From Octopus bimaculoides (taxonomy: Eukaryota), in NCBI RefSeq assembly GCF_001194135.2, contig NC_068995.1, positions 34,931,325 to 34,973,496 of the forward strand: a stretch of 42,172 bases of DNA, written 5' to 3'. Made by a program: the position numbers and the translations under genes. Shown here piece after piece: positions 12,430 to 23,791 of the stretch. The notes beneath the pieces were generated by a model that saw only the letters and a program-made list of their open reading frames with translations, searched no databases and had not been told where the DNA came from. How positions within the stretch are numbered: the stretch's first letter is position 1; every line of letters begins with the position of its first letter.

Positions 12430-14930
12430 AAATTTTGAGCTGTCAAGTCATATTTAATGCAAGTGTAACTATTCCATACTTCTCGTGACTGTCTGTGAAG
12501 TCTGTGATATTGCTAATTCTGTTTCTCACCAATGCGGAATAGGTAGCATGACGTACAGTAATTGAAACCTTATTTCTCTTGAATATGGGAACAAGAATAT
12601 TCCTGTAACTCATTACACAACAATGCTAGAAACTGTCTTCTTCTGGATGTTTCATTTTACTCCAGTAAAGCTAATGATATTTGCGAACATTTTACAGACA
12701 AATTACATGTTAGAGCTCAGTTTTTCTAGTGCGAATATGTTATGTTCATAATTTTGCATGTTCGACGCATGAAATCTCTTATTGCAAATATGTTGGCCTG
12801 CAATTGTTAACATTATTATCTTCCACAAAAGCACATCAGTTTTAGCAATAGGTTTATGATGTTATTTATTTCATTTTCAGTGTTATTGATTTAGAGAATC
12901 TCATATTTTTCTTTCTATTATACGTTGTATGTAACAGTTTTTGTGATATTCCAATTTTTGAAATAAATTAATTTCCAGCAGAAGAATTTCTGTCATTGTG
13001 ATTTCAGTTATTTCTTTCAGCATTTCCTAGTCTTCCAGAACAATTTATATTTCACTAAATCAACCTGAAATATAATGATGCTAAAATATATATAGATAAT
13101 ATTTTGCCCACTTTATTCTTTCTTTCCTTTCCTCTTCTGTCTGTCCAGTATCTAAGGTTATCTAAATAGTTCTAGAAGACATTCTTTCTAAATCTATCTC
13201 ACCTTATTTCTTTCAAGTTCTCATTTCAACCAGATATTAGTAAAAACGCTGATTAGAATTTTAAGATTTGATCAAAATAATGAGGTCTGTAACAGGATAT
13301 AGACAATATATAGACAATAAAATTGGTAATATTACGAAACAAAAATTCTGCTACAAATGTTTTGATGAGTATTATTTGTATATTTCTCGTTTTCATGAGG
13401 ATTTCTGATCTCTCTATTTTGTTGAGCATAGTATCATCCAAAATATATAAATTCAATAATAATTAAAGATGTTAATATTAATACATATGTTGTATCAATT
13501 CTTTTTCTAAAACTACTTCACTTTAGTCCTTTCAGGATAAGATGTTGCTAATGCTGGGGAACAAATTAGGACAGAATAGCAGAGCGCTGAGGTGGAATTA
13601 TGTTTCCACATGTTTAAACATGAATGTAGTGTTGAATAATTCTAAGTCATCAGGCTTGTAAATGTAATAGTGTTAACAGCTGGTATAGCATGTTTCTTGA
13701 TAACTTTTCACTTGTATTGTATTCCTACACCGGGTTGTCGAATCACCCTCATTCTTTCTGTTAGGATTGTGATGATCTAACATTAAGATAAAACCTCAGA
13801 AACATAAATTTGCTTTACTAGTAAAATAAATTTATGAATGTTGTGATATAACATGGTTGATTAGAACAATATTTCTACCTCTTTAATTGTTATGTGATTT
13901 ACATAAGGCTCCTAAAAGTATGGCTACACAACTAACACAAATTGCCAATTCTTATTGCAAATATTCGGAAGGAATCCGAGATTCACAAACTATATCATTA
14001 ATAGTTTGACATGTGTACTAAAACTAACACTTCGAAATATCAATAATTAATTTCATTGAAAGAAAGAAACCTAAAACGAAACTTTCTTGTTTTAGTAGTT
14101 AGTACAGTGTATGAAAATTGTTTGGTATACGATGCATATTGGTTTTAAAAGAAAGCACAGCATAAGGATAACATAGTAAAGGCAGGTTAACTTTTAGCAT
14201 CTAGATTAGAGAGTTGGGTCCTACTGTAAGGTGATACTAAATTTTGTGTTTTCCATCTGTTCCATGGTGAATTTAAAGAATGGTTCTTCCATGAAGATGA
14301 ACGTGTGCTTTACGAATATGTAATTTCAGATCTCTCAGTTATGAACATAGTCTGCACAGGTAGAAATTGGTTATTGATTCCAAACAGTCTGATTGAATGC
14401 CGTTCTTTCTTCATAATCGAAATATATTCCTTTTCCTATCTATTGAACGTTAAACAATCATAAAATGATATGCAGTTGCATGTAGAAAATGCTCTCTATA
14501 AGAAATATAAGAGGATTCCTTGTAGAAATGTGTAGATAATTGCACTTAAACTAAGGCTGACGCTAGGTTACACCAAGTACTATACTGTTATGAGAGTTAG
14601 ACAGTTTGCAGTAGCAAAACCACACTTGTAGAAGTATTGGTCTAAACATATTTCACATATTCCAGGCGAGAAAAATACTTCGATTGGTTCACTGTTCCAT
14701 TCTAAAAAGTTTTTTGGCTCGTCAAGCAATTGTTTAAAATGTTTATTTTTAAAGCGATGTGTAAATCACCACCTGGATTGAAATGCATGAGGTATGGATT
14801 CCTTCGTAGCATTGAGCATTGATGCCAACATTAAAGAATTAATTTTTGTAGTCGACCCAGAAAATAGAATTGTTCAAAAATTTATAGGTTTCAGGTTGAG
14901 TTGAAGAAAGTTGAAAATTGTTTGTGCAAC
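12430..14930 (-). mobile_element. Highly decayed APE+RT LINE (CR1/L2/Crack-like), 3'-truncated
   Basis: Minus-strand translation in shifting frames gives motif ghosts in the correct order: NFLQLNL (APE start), SHNSIVLG (I.GDFN), STCADYV (S.IDY), TENEINNIINLL (T..EI..II..L), HICNKRF (HICN.SF), KMFANII (KIFE.I), RHATYSAL...ITDFTDS..IVTLALNM (HSTY.AL...D...LD). Many stops. Confidence 0.6.
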
Positions 14931-15687
14931 CATTTTGGTGAATCACAAACTCGGGAACTCGAATCTTATGAAACAGTTAATGTTTCTATTAATAAGCTCG
15001 CATTTCCTTCTTTTTAAAAAAAAAAAAATCAACTGCGTGCAGTAAGTGATGATCATGAAGAAATTTTCATTATGATATTTCTTTTTAAAGAGAGGGCTTA
15101 GTAAGAGATCATGGGTCCAAATATTCTTACTGAACACTATCGCACTGAAAATAGAGACATGCAGAGGGCAAATCACAGCAGGAAATAAGACTAAGTTACA
15201 TTTTAAACAACAAATACGAGTTCCTGATTATATTTTCATCAGTTGTATCTACATGGGTTTCCAAAAATTACATACCACAATAAAACGTAACCCGATGAAG
15301 AGATGATACAAGCATCTCATTCCTCACAAAAACTGCTAAAGGAATATATTAATTTCAGTCTGTGAAATGAACACAATGTTCACTTTCAGAGTTGTACCTA
15401 CGAATAGATTTAGATGTGATTAAGTAGTTTATATAAATGTCCAAATTGTATTGGTATTTAATTTTATAAAAACTAGGGACAATGCACGCGGTTATAGTCT
15501 CAATAAAAAAAGTTCATTTTATCATATATCTTCTTCAGTAGCGCATTGTGAGTGAAGGGCTCGGGAATAAATTCTATGAATACATTAACATGCGGAAAAC
15601 TATATCGAATATGCTTATCTAATAAAAATATATTCACAACAAAATTGATTCTATATCGCGTTAAATATATAGAACAATATATGCAGC

Positions 15688-16204
15688 ATGATTCACTAAA
15701 GTACTACTAAACAGACAGTATATTGTATTAATTATTTATGAGGCAAATATTGTATCAAAAGCAAAAACAAAACAACAGAGAACAAAATGCGATATTGAGT
15801 ACTTTGAGAAGTGTTCCACTGACAATTGCGATATTCTGAAACAGAGACCTTTGAAAAATGAATATATTTATCTAGGGAGTTGATGTAAGTCTTCAAAAGA
15901 ATATTTCACTTGGAGCATTGTATTAAATTTCTTTTTACTGAGAATCTATTAAACGATTAAAAATACATTATAAATTTCTTGAAAAGACAACCCCGAATAC
16001 TAGAGAGGATGTTTGATGTGTTCTATTGCTGTTTTTCTTTTAGCTAAACATGATTTAGTAGACCGAATATATACGTTGAGAGTGTTTATAAGTTATTCTC
16101 AGCCTGTCTATTTAGGAAAATGTAAGACAACATTACAGAATATCTTATTTAATTACCCAAGACGGTATGATACAATTTCAGTGGGTTGTTCCTGTCATTT
16201 TTAG
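15688..16204 (+). pseudogene. Candidate two-exon IL-17-like/cystine-knot secreted protein relic
   Basis: Open frame 15692-15880 with a hydrophobic N-terminus and 3 Cys. GT-AG intron 15885-16043 (gtaagt...ttttcttttag) joins in the correct phase to an exon ending YSQPVYLGKC...FNYPRRYDTISVGCSCHF*. Requires a 1-nt frameshift after ATG 15688 and read-through of TGA 15881. AATAAA at 16357. Confidence 0.4.
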
Positions 16205-16554
16205 CTGGTCAAGCAATCAAACAGAATCTTCTCACTAATTCACATACATACATGCTTATGGTGAATGGGGTTGATATTATCTGATTAAACAATATTCGCG
16301 AAACTATAATTTAATAATATATTTGAAAACAAAAACGATTCATAAGTTGAGAGATGAATAAATTATCAATTTTATAATGAACACTTTCATAAATAAATTA
16401 CAATAAAATGAATTTCCGTCCTTTCTTATCAATTTTTTAGTTATGAATTTGGTTTGTTTTGACCGAATATTTATTTGTGCAACGCGCTCGCAGGCATATA
16501 TTTATCAACCGTCATATACATATATTCAGTGATAGAATTAGCTGCATAACGGTT

Positions 16555-16556
16555 CA

Positions 16557-16600
<44 letters not shown>

Positions 16601-16627
16601 GTACAAATATACATATATAAATATATC
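16555..16627. repeat. (TA)n microsatellite at the mariner insertion site
   Basis: TA run abutting the left TIR. Confidence 0.85.
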
Positions 16628-17767
16628 TCAGGTCATCCCATAAGTTCTGTCCGAATTTTGAATAAAGAAAACAAGTGATCAAATCTTATATTTAATTGAA
16701 ATTTAATCATCAATGTACTTTCCCTGATTATCTATGCCTTCCTTCTATCTATTTACAAGCTTTTTAATCCCATCGATGTAAAACTCTTTTGGTTTCAAAG
16801 CGAGGAACTCTGTAATGTCAGTTTCGACTTCCTCCTGGTTTGCGAAAGTTGTCCCCCAAATGATTCTGTAAACTACGAAACAAATGGTAGTCTGAAGGAG
16901 CAAGGTCGGGAGAATAAGGTGGATGATGAATTTTTTCTCAACCAAGCTCTTCAATCTTCTGCGATGTGATCTTTGCAGTGTGAGGTCGCGCATTGTCCTG
17001 ATTAAACATCACTCTTTTTCACTAAAGCGGGTCTTTTTTTCTTCAAACCTTGGTACAAATTGCTGACAGTAGACTTGAGCATTAATTGTAGCATTAGGTG
17101 GTAACAATTCAAAGTGAATTTCTCCTTTGCAATCCCATCAGATAAAAAGAAGAACCTTTTTTCCATGAAGTTCTCTTCTTGGTTGTGGTTGACCTTTTTC
17201 CCTTTTACCAAGCCACTGTTTACGACGTTTAACATTTCGATAGAAGATCCATTTTTCGTCACCAGTCACAAGTCTATCCAAAACGAGTGAAATGAGGTCG
17301 CGAGAATAGAAAGAAGGTTTGAACTAAGTTTTATTGCCAACTCTTCAATTGATAATGCAGGATTTTCTTCAAGTAATGCCTCAAGGCGCTTATCATCAAA
17401 CTCAACTGATCGTCCTGTTCGATCTTAATCTTCAAGGCTGAAATCTCCACTTCTGCAAGTTCTTTCATTCAAACATTCTTTCCCATAAACTGAGTGTATG
17501 TTTCGAGTCGCTTCGGCTGCAGAGTTTCCATTTTTGTACTCATAAATCATTATGTGCCCCAAATGCTCTTTGGATACTTCAATGTTAGAAAGGGTTTTAA
17601 TCAAAGAAATATTAATTCTATTATTCTGTAAAATAATATTTAATTAATTTAAATGTACACAAATGCATAAAAGTAATTTTTAATTCCATTAGACATTCTA
17701 AAATACTATTGAATTTCATTCAACGTTAAAAAAGGTAAAATTGGACAGAACTTATGGGATGACCTGA
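16628..17767 (-). mobile_element. mariner (DD34D) DNA transposon, internally deleted
   Basis: Perfect 25-bp TIRs TCAGGTCATCCCATAAGTTCTGTCC (16628-16652 / 17743-17767). Transposase remnant about 17583-16703: HLGHIMIYEYKNGNSAAEATRNI..VYG, LDRLVTGDEKWIFY, WDCKGEIHFELLP, NQDNARPH, HPPYSPDLAPSDYHLF; 34 residues between the 2nd and 3rd Asp. Confidence 0.95.
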
Positions 17768-17989
17768 TNNNNNNNNNNNNNNNNNNNNNNNNNNNNNNNN
17801 NNNNNNNNNNNNNNNNNNNNNNNNNNNNNNNNNNNNNNNNNNNNNNNNNNNNNNNNNNNNNNNNNNNNNNNNNNNNNNNNNNNNNNNNNNNNNNNNNNNN
17901 NNNNNNNNNNNNNNNNNNNNNNNNNNNNNNNNNNNNNNNNNNNNNNNNNNNNNNNNNNNNNNNNNNNNNNNNNNNNNNNNNNNNNNNNN

Positions 17990-18036
<47 letters not shown>

Positions 18037-18837
18037 GTATGTATATGTATATACGCAGATAAAAGTACGGATAATTTATAGGTTGGGGTATTTTGCATAA
18101 TTGAAGAGGAAATCATCATTAGAAATCACAATTCAGAGTGGTCGTTGCCTGGCAGAGATTTGGTTAAATAGGTTAATGAACCGTTTACTATGGAGAAAAC
18201 TTATACTATCATTACCAATCCATTATACAGTTCTATATTTAAGAACAAACAAGATGAGGACGAATATCCGTCAATTGTAAATGATATAAATAATGCTAAT
18301 ACATTTTGTCTCAACCTATCAATGGGCTGATTGAGTAAAACGATCAATTAACGAAACTTTAACGACTACTGGAAACAACTGTAAGTCAAAATTACTGCAA
18401 TAAAGGGATATATAATGGTCATTATTTATATTTAGTAGGTTCACACCATTATAGGCACAGTATCAGATAAATTTAGATTCAGTAGGGTATATAATACCAT
18501 TTGCTAAAATCAGAGCCAATTCTCCGAAGACCACCATAGACTCACGATGAAGATACACACGAGCAACATAATGAACATATGAGAAATAAGCTTACCTTTG
18601 CATTGAATACGTCAGTAAGTAATGTATATCTACATATCAATTGATTTCACGCTTTGTATGACAAACATACTCTGCGATCTTCAATTGAAAATAATATTTT
18701 AACATCTATTTCTAAAGTATTCACAACATTAGGCCGTGTGCGTTGCTTTATCGTGAGTTTATGGGGGTTTTTGGAGCACTGGCTGTAATTTTAACAAGTG
18801 GTATTATATATACAACTGAATTTCTCTTTCTCCCACC

Positions 18838-18997
<160 letters not shown>

Positions 18998-19263
18998 TCT
19001 TATGTGTATCTGTCTGTCGGAATTTGTATAAACACATTTTTGTATCTTAGATATGTGTATATGCGTGTGTGCGCGGTTGCGTGTGTAGAAGCAGAAGTAA
19101 CGATGATGGGTTACATGGTTTAGCCTAACAATGATTAACGATTAGTACGATGAATGCAACAGGATATGATACACGCGTGATTGTCAGAATTATGTCTCTC
19201 GCATGGAAGGCCAGCGGAAAGCCAGAATGTGAGATCTCCAACCTCGAAACTGTATAGGTAAAC

Positions 19264-19371
19264 TGTTGTAAATACATCAGTCTTGATCACATGGCGTGGG
19301 AATGTCATAAGGAATTGGTCAGTGGATCATTTTGCGTCTGTGGCAAGAGCGGTTACATCTAAAAGCAGTGA
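19264..19371 (+). mobile_element. Degenerate twin CCHC zinc knuckles (retroelement gag/ORF1 remnant)
   Basis: C-CK-Y(tac<tgc)-ISLD-H-MAWE-C, then F(ttt<tgt)-CV-C-GKSG-Y(tac<cac)-I*KQ-*(tga<tgt). Both fit CX2CX4HX4C spacing with single-base changes. Confidence 0.55.
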
Positions 19372-19404
19372 ACGGTGGATAGCTCAAGACTTTGTTATAG
19401 TTCT

Positions 19405-19550
19405 GGTGTAGCCAGTCATATATCTTTTCATTGTTTTGCTGAGTGACAGGATGATTACAAATACTATAACAGTGGTGTAGCCAGTCATATGGCTATTTCT
19501 TGTTCTTCTGAGTAACATGATGACGGCAAATACTATAACAGTGGTATAAC
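19405..19550. repeat. 69-bp tandem repeat, about 2.1 copies
   Basis: ggtgtagccagtcatat...caaatactataacagt starts at 19405 and 19474, with a partial copy at 19543. Confidence 0.85.
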
Positions 19551-19634
19551 GGCTAATATCTCCAAGAGCTGTCAGAAGTTTGGCAAGACGTTCGGTGAAG
19601 AAGGTCAAGCAGCCATGAATTATTCTCTTTTATA

Positions 19635-19849
19635 TGACGGGATGGTAAAAAATTCCTGGATTTAAGAGTTTTGCAAAGGGCCTGGCTGGATGTCCAACAT
19701 TCCGAGTTCTTTTACAGAACTTAGAAAACTGAAGGACCGCGGCAATAAGTGTGTGAATCTGAGAGGGGAATATGTTGAAAAATGTCTTCATTAACTGATC
19801 CTCCTATATTTCCTTTAACTCAAAGTCGGGTACTTTTCAGTATCCCTTG
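19635..19849 (+). mobile_element. Internally deleted mini-mariner (about 215 bp)
   Basis: TA-flanked degenerate TIRs (tgacgggatggtaaaaaattcc vs rc caagggatactgaaaagtaccc). Retains the transposase C-terminus KCVNLRGEYVEK. Confidence 0.65.
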
Positions 19850-20989
19850 TATGTAACCCCGTGCTACACATAGAGACAAAAATCTCCGCTAGAGATTGTA
19901 TTAACTAGGTGCTGTAAATATTATTTGGTCCACAAACTGCTCTTGTTTTGAACCTTTTTAAAAAATTTTGTTTTGCATGCTGCTCTTAGAAACCAACCTA
20001 TCTCCTCAAAAAAGGAAGTACCACTACCACCACCCCGTGGCAGGTGTTGATGTTTGAAACATAGGGAATTGCAGCAGTCAAAATACCTCTCCTCCTCCAG
20101 CCCAGACCATCCATGTGTTGGAAGGATGTAAGCGATTTCTATGGTGTCTGTGGGGGTGGGGTCTAGGTGCTTTTATTACCCCCAAAATATGATTACTATA
20201 AAAAAAAAACAGCAAAGTTTCTGAGATTTATCTTTATTTATTTATTTTTTGGGTTATAAATTACTTCGATAGACTAAACAACNNNNNNNNNNNNNNNNNN
20301 NNNNNNNNNNNNNNNNNNNNNNNNNNNNNNNNNNNNNNNNNNNNNNNNNNNNNNNNNNNNNNNNNNNNNNNNNNNNNNNNNNNNNNNNNNNNNNNNNNNN
20401 NNNNNNNNNNNNNNNNNNNNNNNNNNNNNNNNNNNNNNNNNNNNNNNNNNNNNNNNNNNNNNNNNNNNNNNNNNNNNNNNNNNNNNNNNNNNNNNNNNNN
20501 NNNNNNNNNNNNNNNNNNNNNNNNNNNNNNNNNNNNNNNNNNNNNNNNNNNNNNNNNNNNNNNNNNNNNNNNNNNNNNNNNNNNNNNNNNNNNNNNNNNN
20601 NNNNNNNNNNNNNNNNNNNNNNNNNNNNNNNNNNNNNNNNNNNNNNNNNNNNAGAGAGAGAGAGAGAAGGAGAGAGAGAGAGAGAGAGCGTTTACTCATA
20701 CAGCGTTTTCGAGCTAAAATTGAAGGTATTTTATGTCACCTTTATTCAAGAACAATTTGATGCATTGGCGGACAGTCAATAGCATTGGAGAGCGAACATA
20801 ATGATTAAAGTTGTGGAATAAAAGGCAGCCGACATAGAAGCCATCTGAACACTGGAAAGAAAAGTTAAATGATTCGCGCCGAGTATCAAAATGCCTTTAT
20901 GGCTGCTGCTCAATGCTCTTCGAACATCGTAACAGCTGTAATTCGTGACCTGTAACAGTTGTAAGACGTGACGTTATGAAAAAAAAGTT

Positions 20990-21240
20990 CACCTAAACTG
21001 TGATGGTCTTCTGGAGTCTTATTCCACATGGCCTTATACGTAATCCAGACTGTTATGTTAAGCTGCTGGAGACTGCAGTTGATGTTTGGTTGGAGGCGCT
21101 TTCTGGTGGAGCCTCATATGTATGGCAGCAAAATTCGACTCCTTGCCAGACCTCCGAAAAGAAGAGACAGTTGTCAGAAAATTTCTACGACTTCACCAGA
21201 CTAAATTTCTGGTCTCCCAATTCCCCTGGTTATAATCCTT
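20990..21240 (+). mobile_element. maT/DD37D-like transposase fragment
   Basis: VMVFWSL...YVKLLETAVDVWLE...SYVWQQNSTPCQTS...LSENFYDFT..NFWSPNSPGYNPF matches YVWQQDSAPCH...WPPNSPD.NPLDY. Confidence 0.7.
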
Positions 21241-21244
21241 TTTT

Positions 21245-21349
21245 TTACCAAAGGCACAAGACCTGAAATTTGTTTCACTGGTGTTTAATTTATCGACCCC
21301 GAAAGGATGAAAGGCAAAACCGACCACGGTAGAATTTGAACTCAGAACG
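21245..21349 (-). mobile_element. tRNA-derived SINE fragment (second octopod-type family)
   Basis: Reverse complement gttctgagttcaaattctaccgtggtcggttttgcctttcatcctttcggggtcgataaattaaacaccag has a B-box-like gagttcaaatt and the CCTTTCATCCTTTCGGGGTCGATAA core. Confidence 0.75.
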
Positions 21350-21393
21350 TGTCCGAAGATATTCCAAGAGAGAAATAGAAAGAAACCCGTCGT

Positions 21394-21445
<52 letters not shown>

Positions 21446-21680
21446 NNNNNNNNNNNNNNNNNNNNNNNNNNNNNNNNNNNNNNNNNNNNNNNNNNNNNNN
21501 NNNNNNNNNNNNNNNNNNNNNNNNNNNNNNNNNNNNNNNNNNNNNNNNNNNNNNNNNNNNNNNNNNNGTTCTAAAATTTCTCTCCTCCTTTTACATCTTG
21601 GCAAACCCTATTTCTCTCTGTCGCTTAACCTAAAAACAACGCAGATGGCAGAAACGACGGTAATCAGTCAAATTTCATGC

Positions 21681-21748
21681 GTATGTATGTATGTATGTAT
21701 GTATGTATGTATGTATGGATGTATGGATGTATGGATGTATGTATGTAA
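21681..21748. repeat. (TATG)n/(GATG)n microsatellite
   Basis: Tetranucleotide tandem units. Confidence 0.9.
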
Positions 21749-21849
21749 ATATTTATCTATCTTAGAAGGTTTGGAGGTGATGTACACATATTATATATTA
21801 GAAAAAATAAGGTATTCAGAGAACTATCATCTTTACGACAGAAACTAGT

Positions 21850-22781
21850 TATAACGAACTTCCCTTCCTAGACATCAACATCAAGATACACAACTCCATC
21901 GTCACAACAGATATCTACTACAAAAAAAAAAACCGACACACACCAATATTTAAATTTCTACTCCTGCCACCCATCTCACATAAAAAGAAACATTCCATAT
22001 AGTGTGGCAAGACGCATATGCAGCATAGTGGTCGACTCACAAACACGCCAAATAAGACTAAATGAACTTAAAACTTCCTACATAATAGAAATACGCACTC
22101 AAATTAATAGAAAACGGAATCTCAAGAGCAATGAAACTGGACATCACACAACTCAGAATTCCAAAAAAAGAAAGAACAAAGAAAACATCATCCCTTTCAT
22201 AAACACACACAACCTTGGAATTATCAACATGTTTCAAACTTACCAATAGTCCTACAAAGCCCCAAAATGGGAAACCTATTGAACAAATACTGCATAAAAA
22301 CAGTAAACGCCAAGAAAAAAAAACTGAAAAAGCAACTGACAAGAGCAAAATTCTCATCAGAGAAAGAAACTGAATTCTTTGTGAAAGAATCTGGAGATAG
22401 TAGATGTGGGATCTGCAGTAACCCCATCCACAAATATATAGAGGAAAACAGCCAAATAAAATTTAAGAGTGGACACACATTCAAAGCAAATGTAAATATG
22501 AGTTGCAAGACACAAAACTTAATATATTGCATAATCTGTCCCATATGCAAAGAGAACTATATAGGTGAAACTGGCAATTCTATATGCCAACGAACCAGAA
22601 TTCACCAACATATCCGACAGGGAGAGCTACAAAAAATTCCACTAAGTAAACATTTAGAAACATGTGGAGAAGGAAAATTCAAGATCTTTCCTTTCTATAA
22701 ATGCCCAAGGAATGGCACCTTCTTCAGAAAAATATGGAACAACACTTCATAGCAAACTTCTCCCCCAAACTGAATGGTTGA
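21850..22781 (+). mobile_element. Penelope-like retroelement (Neptune-like): RT C-terminus/thumb plus GIY-YIG, 5'-truncated and frameshifted
   Basis: ELPFLDINIKI...TTDIYYKK/TDTHQYLNFYSCHPSHIKRNIPYSVARRICSIV.D...R..RLNELK, then CGIC...F......MSCKTQNLIYCIICPICKENYIGETGNSICQRTRIH...IPLSKHL..CG..KFKIFPF...FIANFSPKLNG* (stop 22779-22781). Confidence 0.9.
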
Positions 22782-23365
22782 AAATATGAAAACAACATCA
22801 GTTTCCTTATAAATCCTTCTCGGACCCTAAGATATATCCATATATGTGTGCGTGTATATACATAAATAGAGACATTCTTGCATCCAGATTTTCCAACCCA
22901 TACCGACATGAGAATCAAACATTCGACAATGATGGTGATGATGAGGATAATAAGTCCAGACAATTTTTTAAAAATTACTTTCATGATTCTTCATCAAAAC
23001 AGACCCCCCGCCCCCTTAGAGTAACCACCTGGTCTTGCCATTTTCACACACCAAGAATCAACTTGTCATCTTCTATTGAAAGAACTGACCAACTGTATAG
23101 ATTATAAACACATTTTTTCTTCTTTCTTCCTTCCTTCATTTCTTATGATACTGTATTAGAGTAGATGAAAATATGTGATTTGTAAAAACATATGACATGT
23201 TAATAAATATTTGTATATGTACAACCATCCACATCTCTGAATACCTTATTTTTTCTAATATATATTTATATACATAGTTGAAATTTATAGAAAATCAAAA
23301 GACAAAGACAGTTGTATGAACAACGAGTAGGTGTATCAGTTTGACACTGGGGAAAGAAACCCTGT

Positions 23366-23625
23366 TTCACACACACGTGCACACACACATACACACGCAC
23401 ATGCACACACACACACACAATATACACACGCAAATACACACACACACATGTACACACGGCCGTACACTCAAACACACACACATATACATACGCACACACA
23501 CACACATAAACAGCCACAACCACACATACACATACACACACATACGCACATACACGTACTATCATTACACACGCAAACAAACCTGCGCGCACGCACATAC
23601 CTACACATACACACACATACCTCCT
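23366..23625. repeat. Degenerate (CA)n-rich minisatellite
   Basis: Imperfect CA/CATA/CG units; source of the His/Thr-rich ORFs. Confidence 0.85.
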
Positions 23626-23760
23626 TCTCTTACACTCTCCTGTCTAAGAAAGAACTTTTTCTTCACCCATTCCCTTCATGTCATTTCAATATGTGACCGC
23701 GTGTGTATCGTTGGCGATTTTCTTTCTCCGTCTTCCCTTCTTTGGACTTTTGCTATATTT

Positions 23761-23791
23761 CTCATGACGACTCCGCTCGAAACGTGAAGTC
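23761..23791 (+). ncRNA. Degenerate minimal type-I hammerhead ribozyme core in a probable PLE pseudo-LTR
   Basis: CTCATGA-C-GA-ctccgc-TC-GAAAC-gtgaa-GTC. One mismatch to CUGANGA, intact GAAAC, GUC cleavage triplet; about 1 kb downstream of the PLE on the same strand. Stem I does not pair. Confidence 0.5.

Noticed and set aside
19405-19550. Regularly spaced repeats as a possible CRISPR-like array
   Set aside because: The whole 69-bp unit is repeated with no unique spacers; eukaryotic context and no cas genes.
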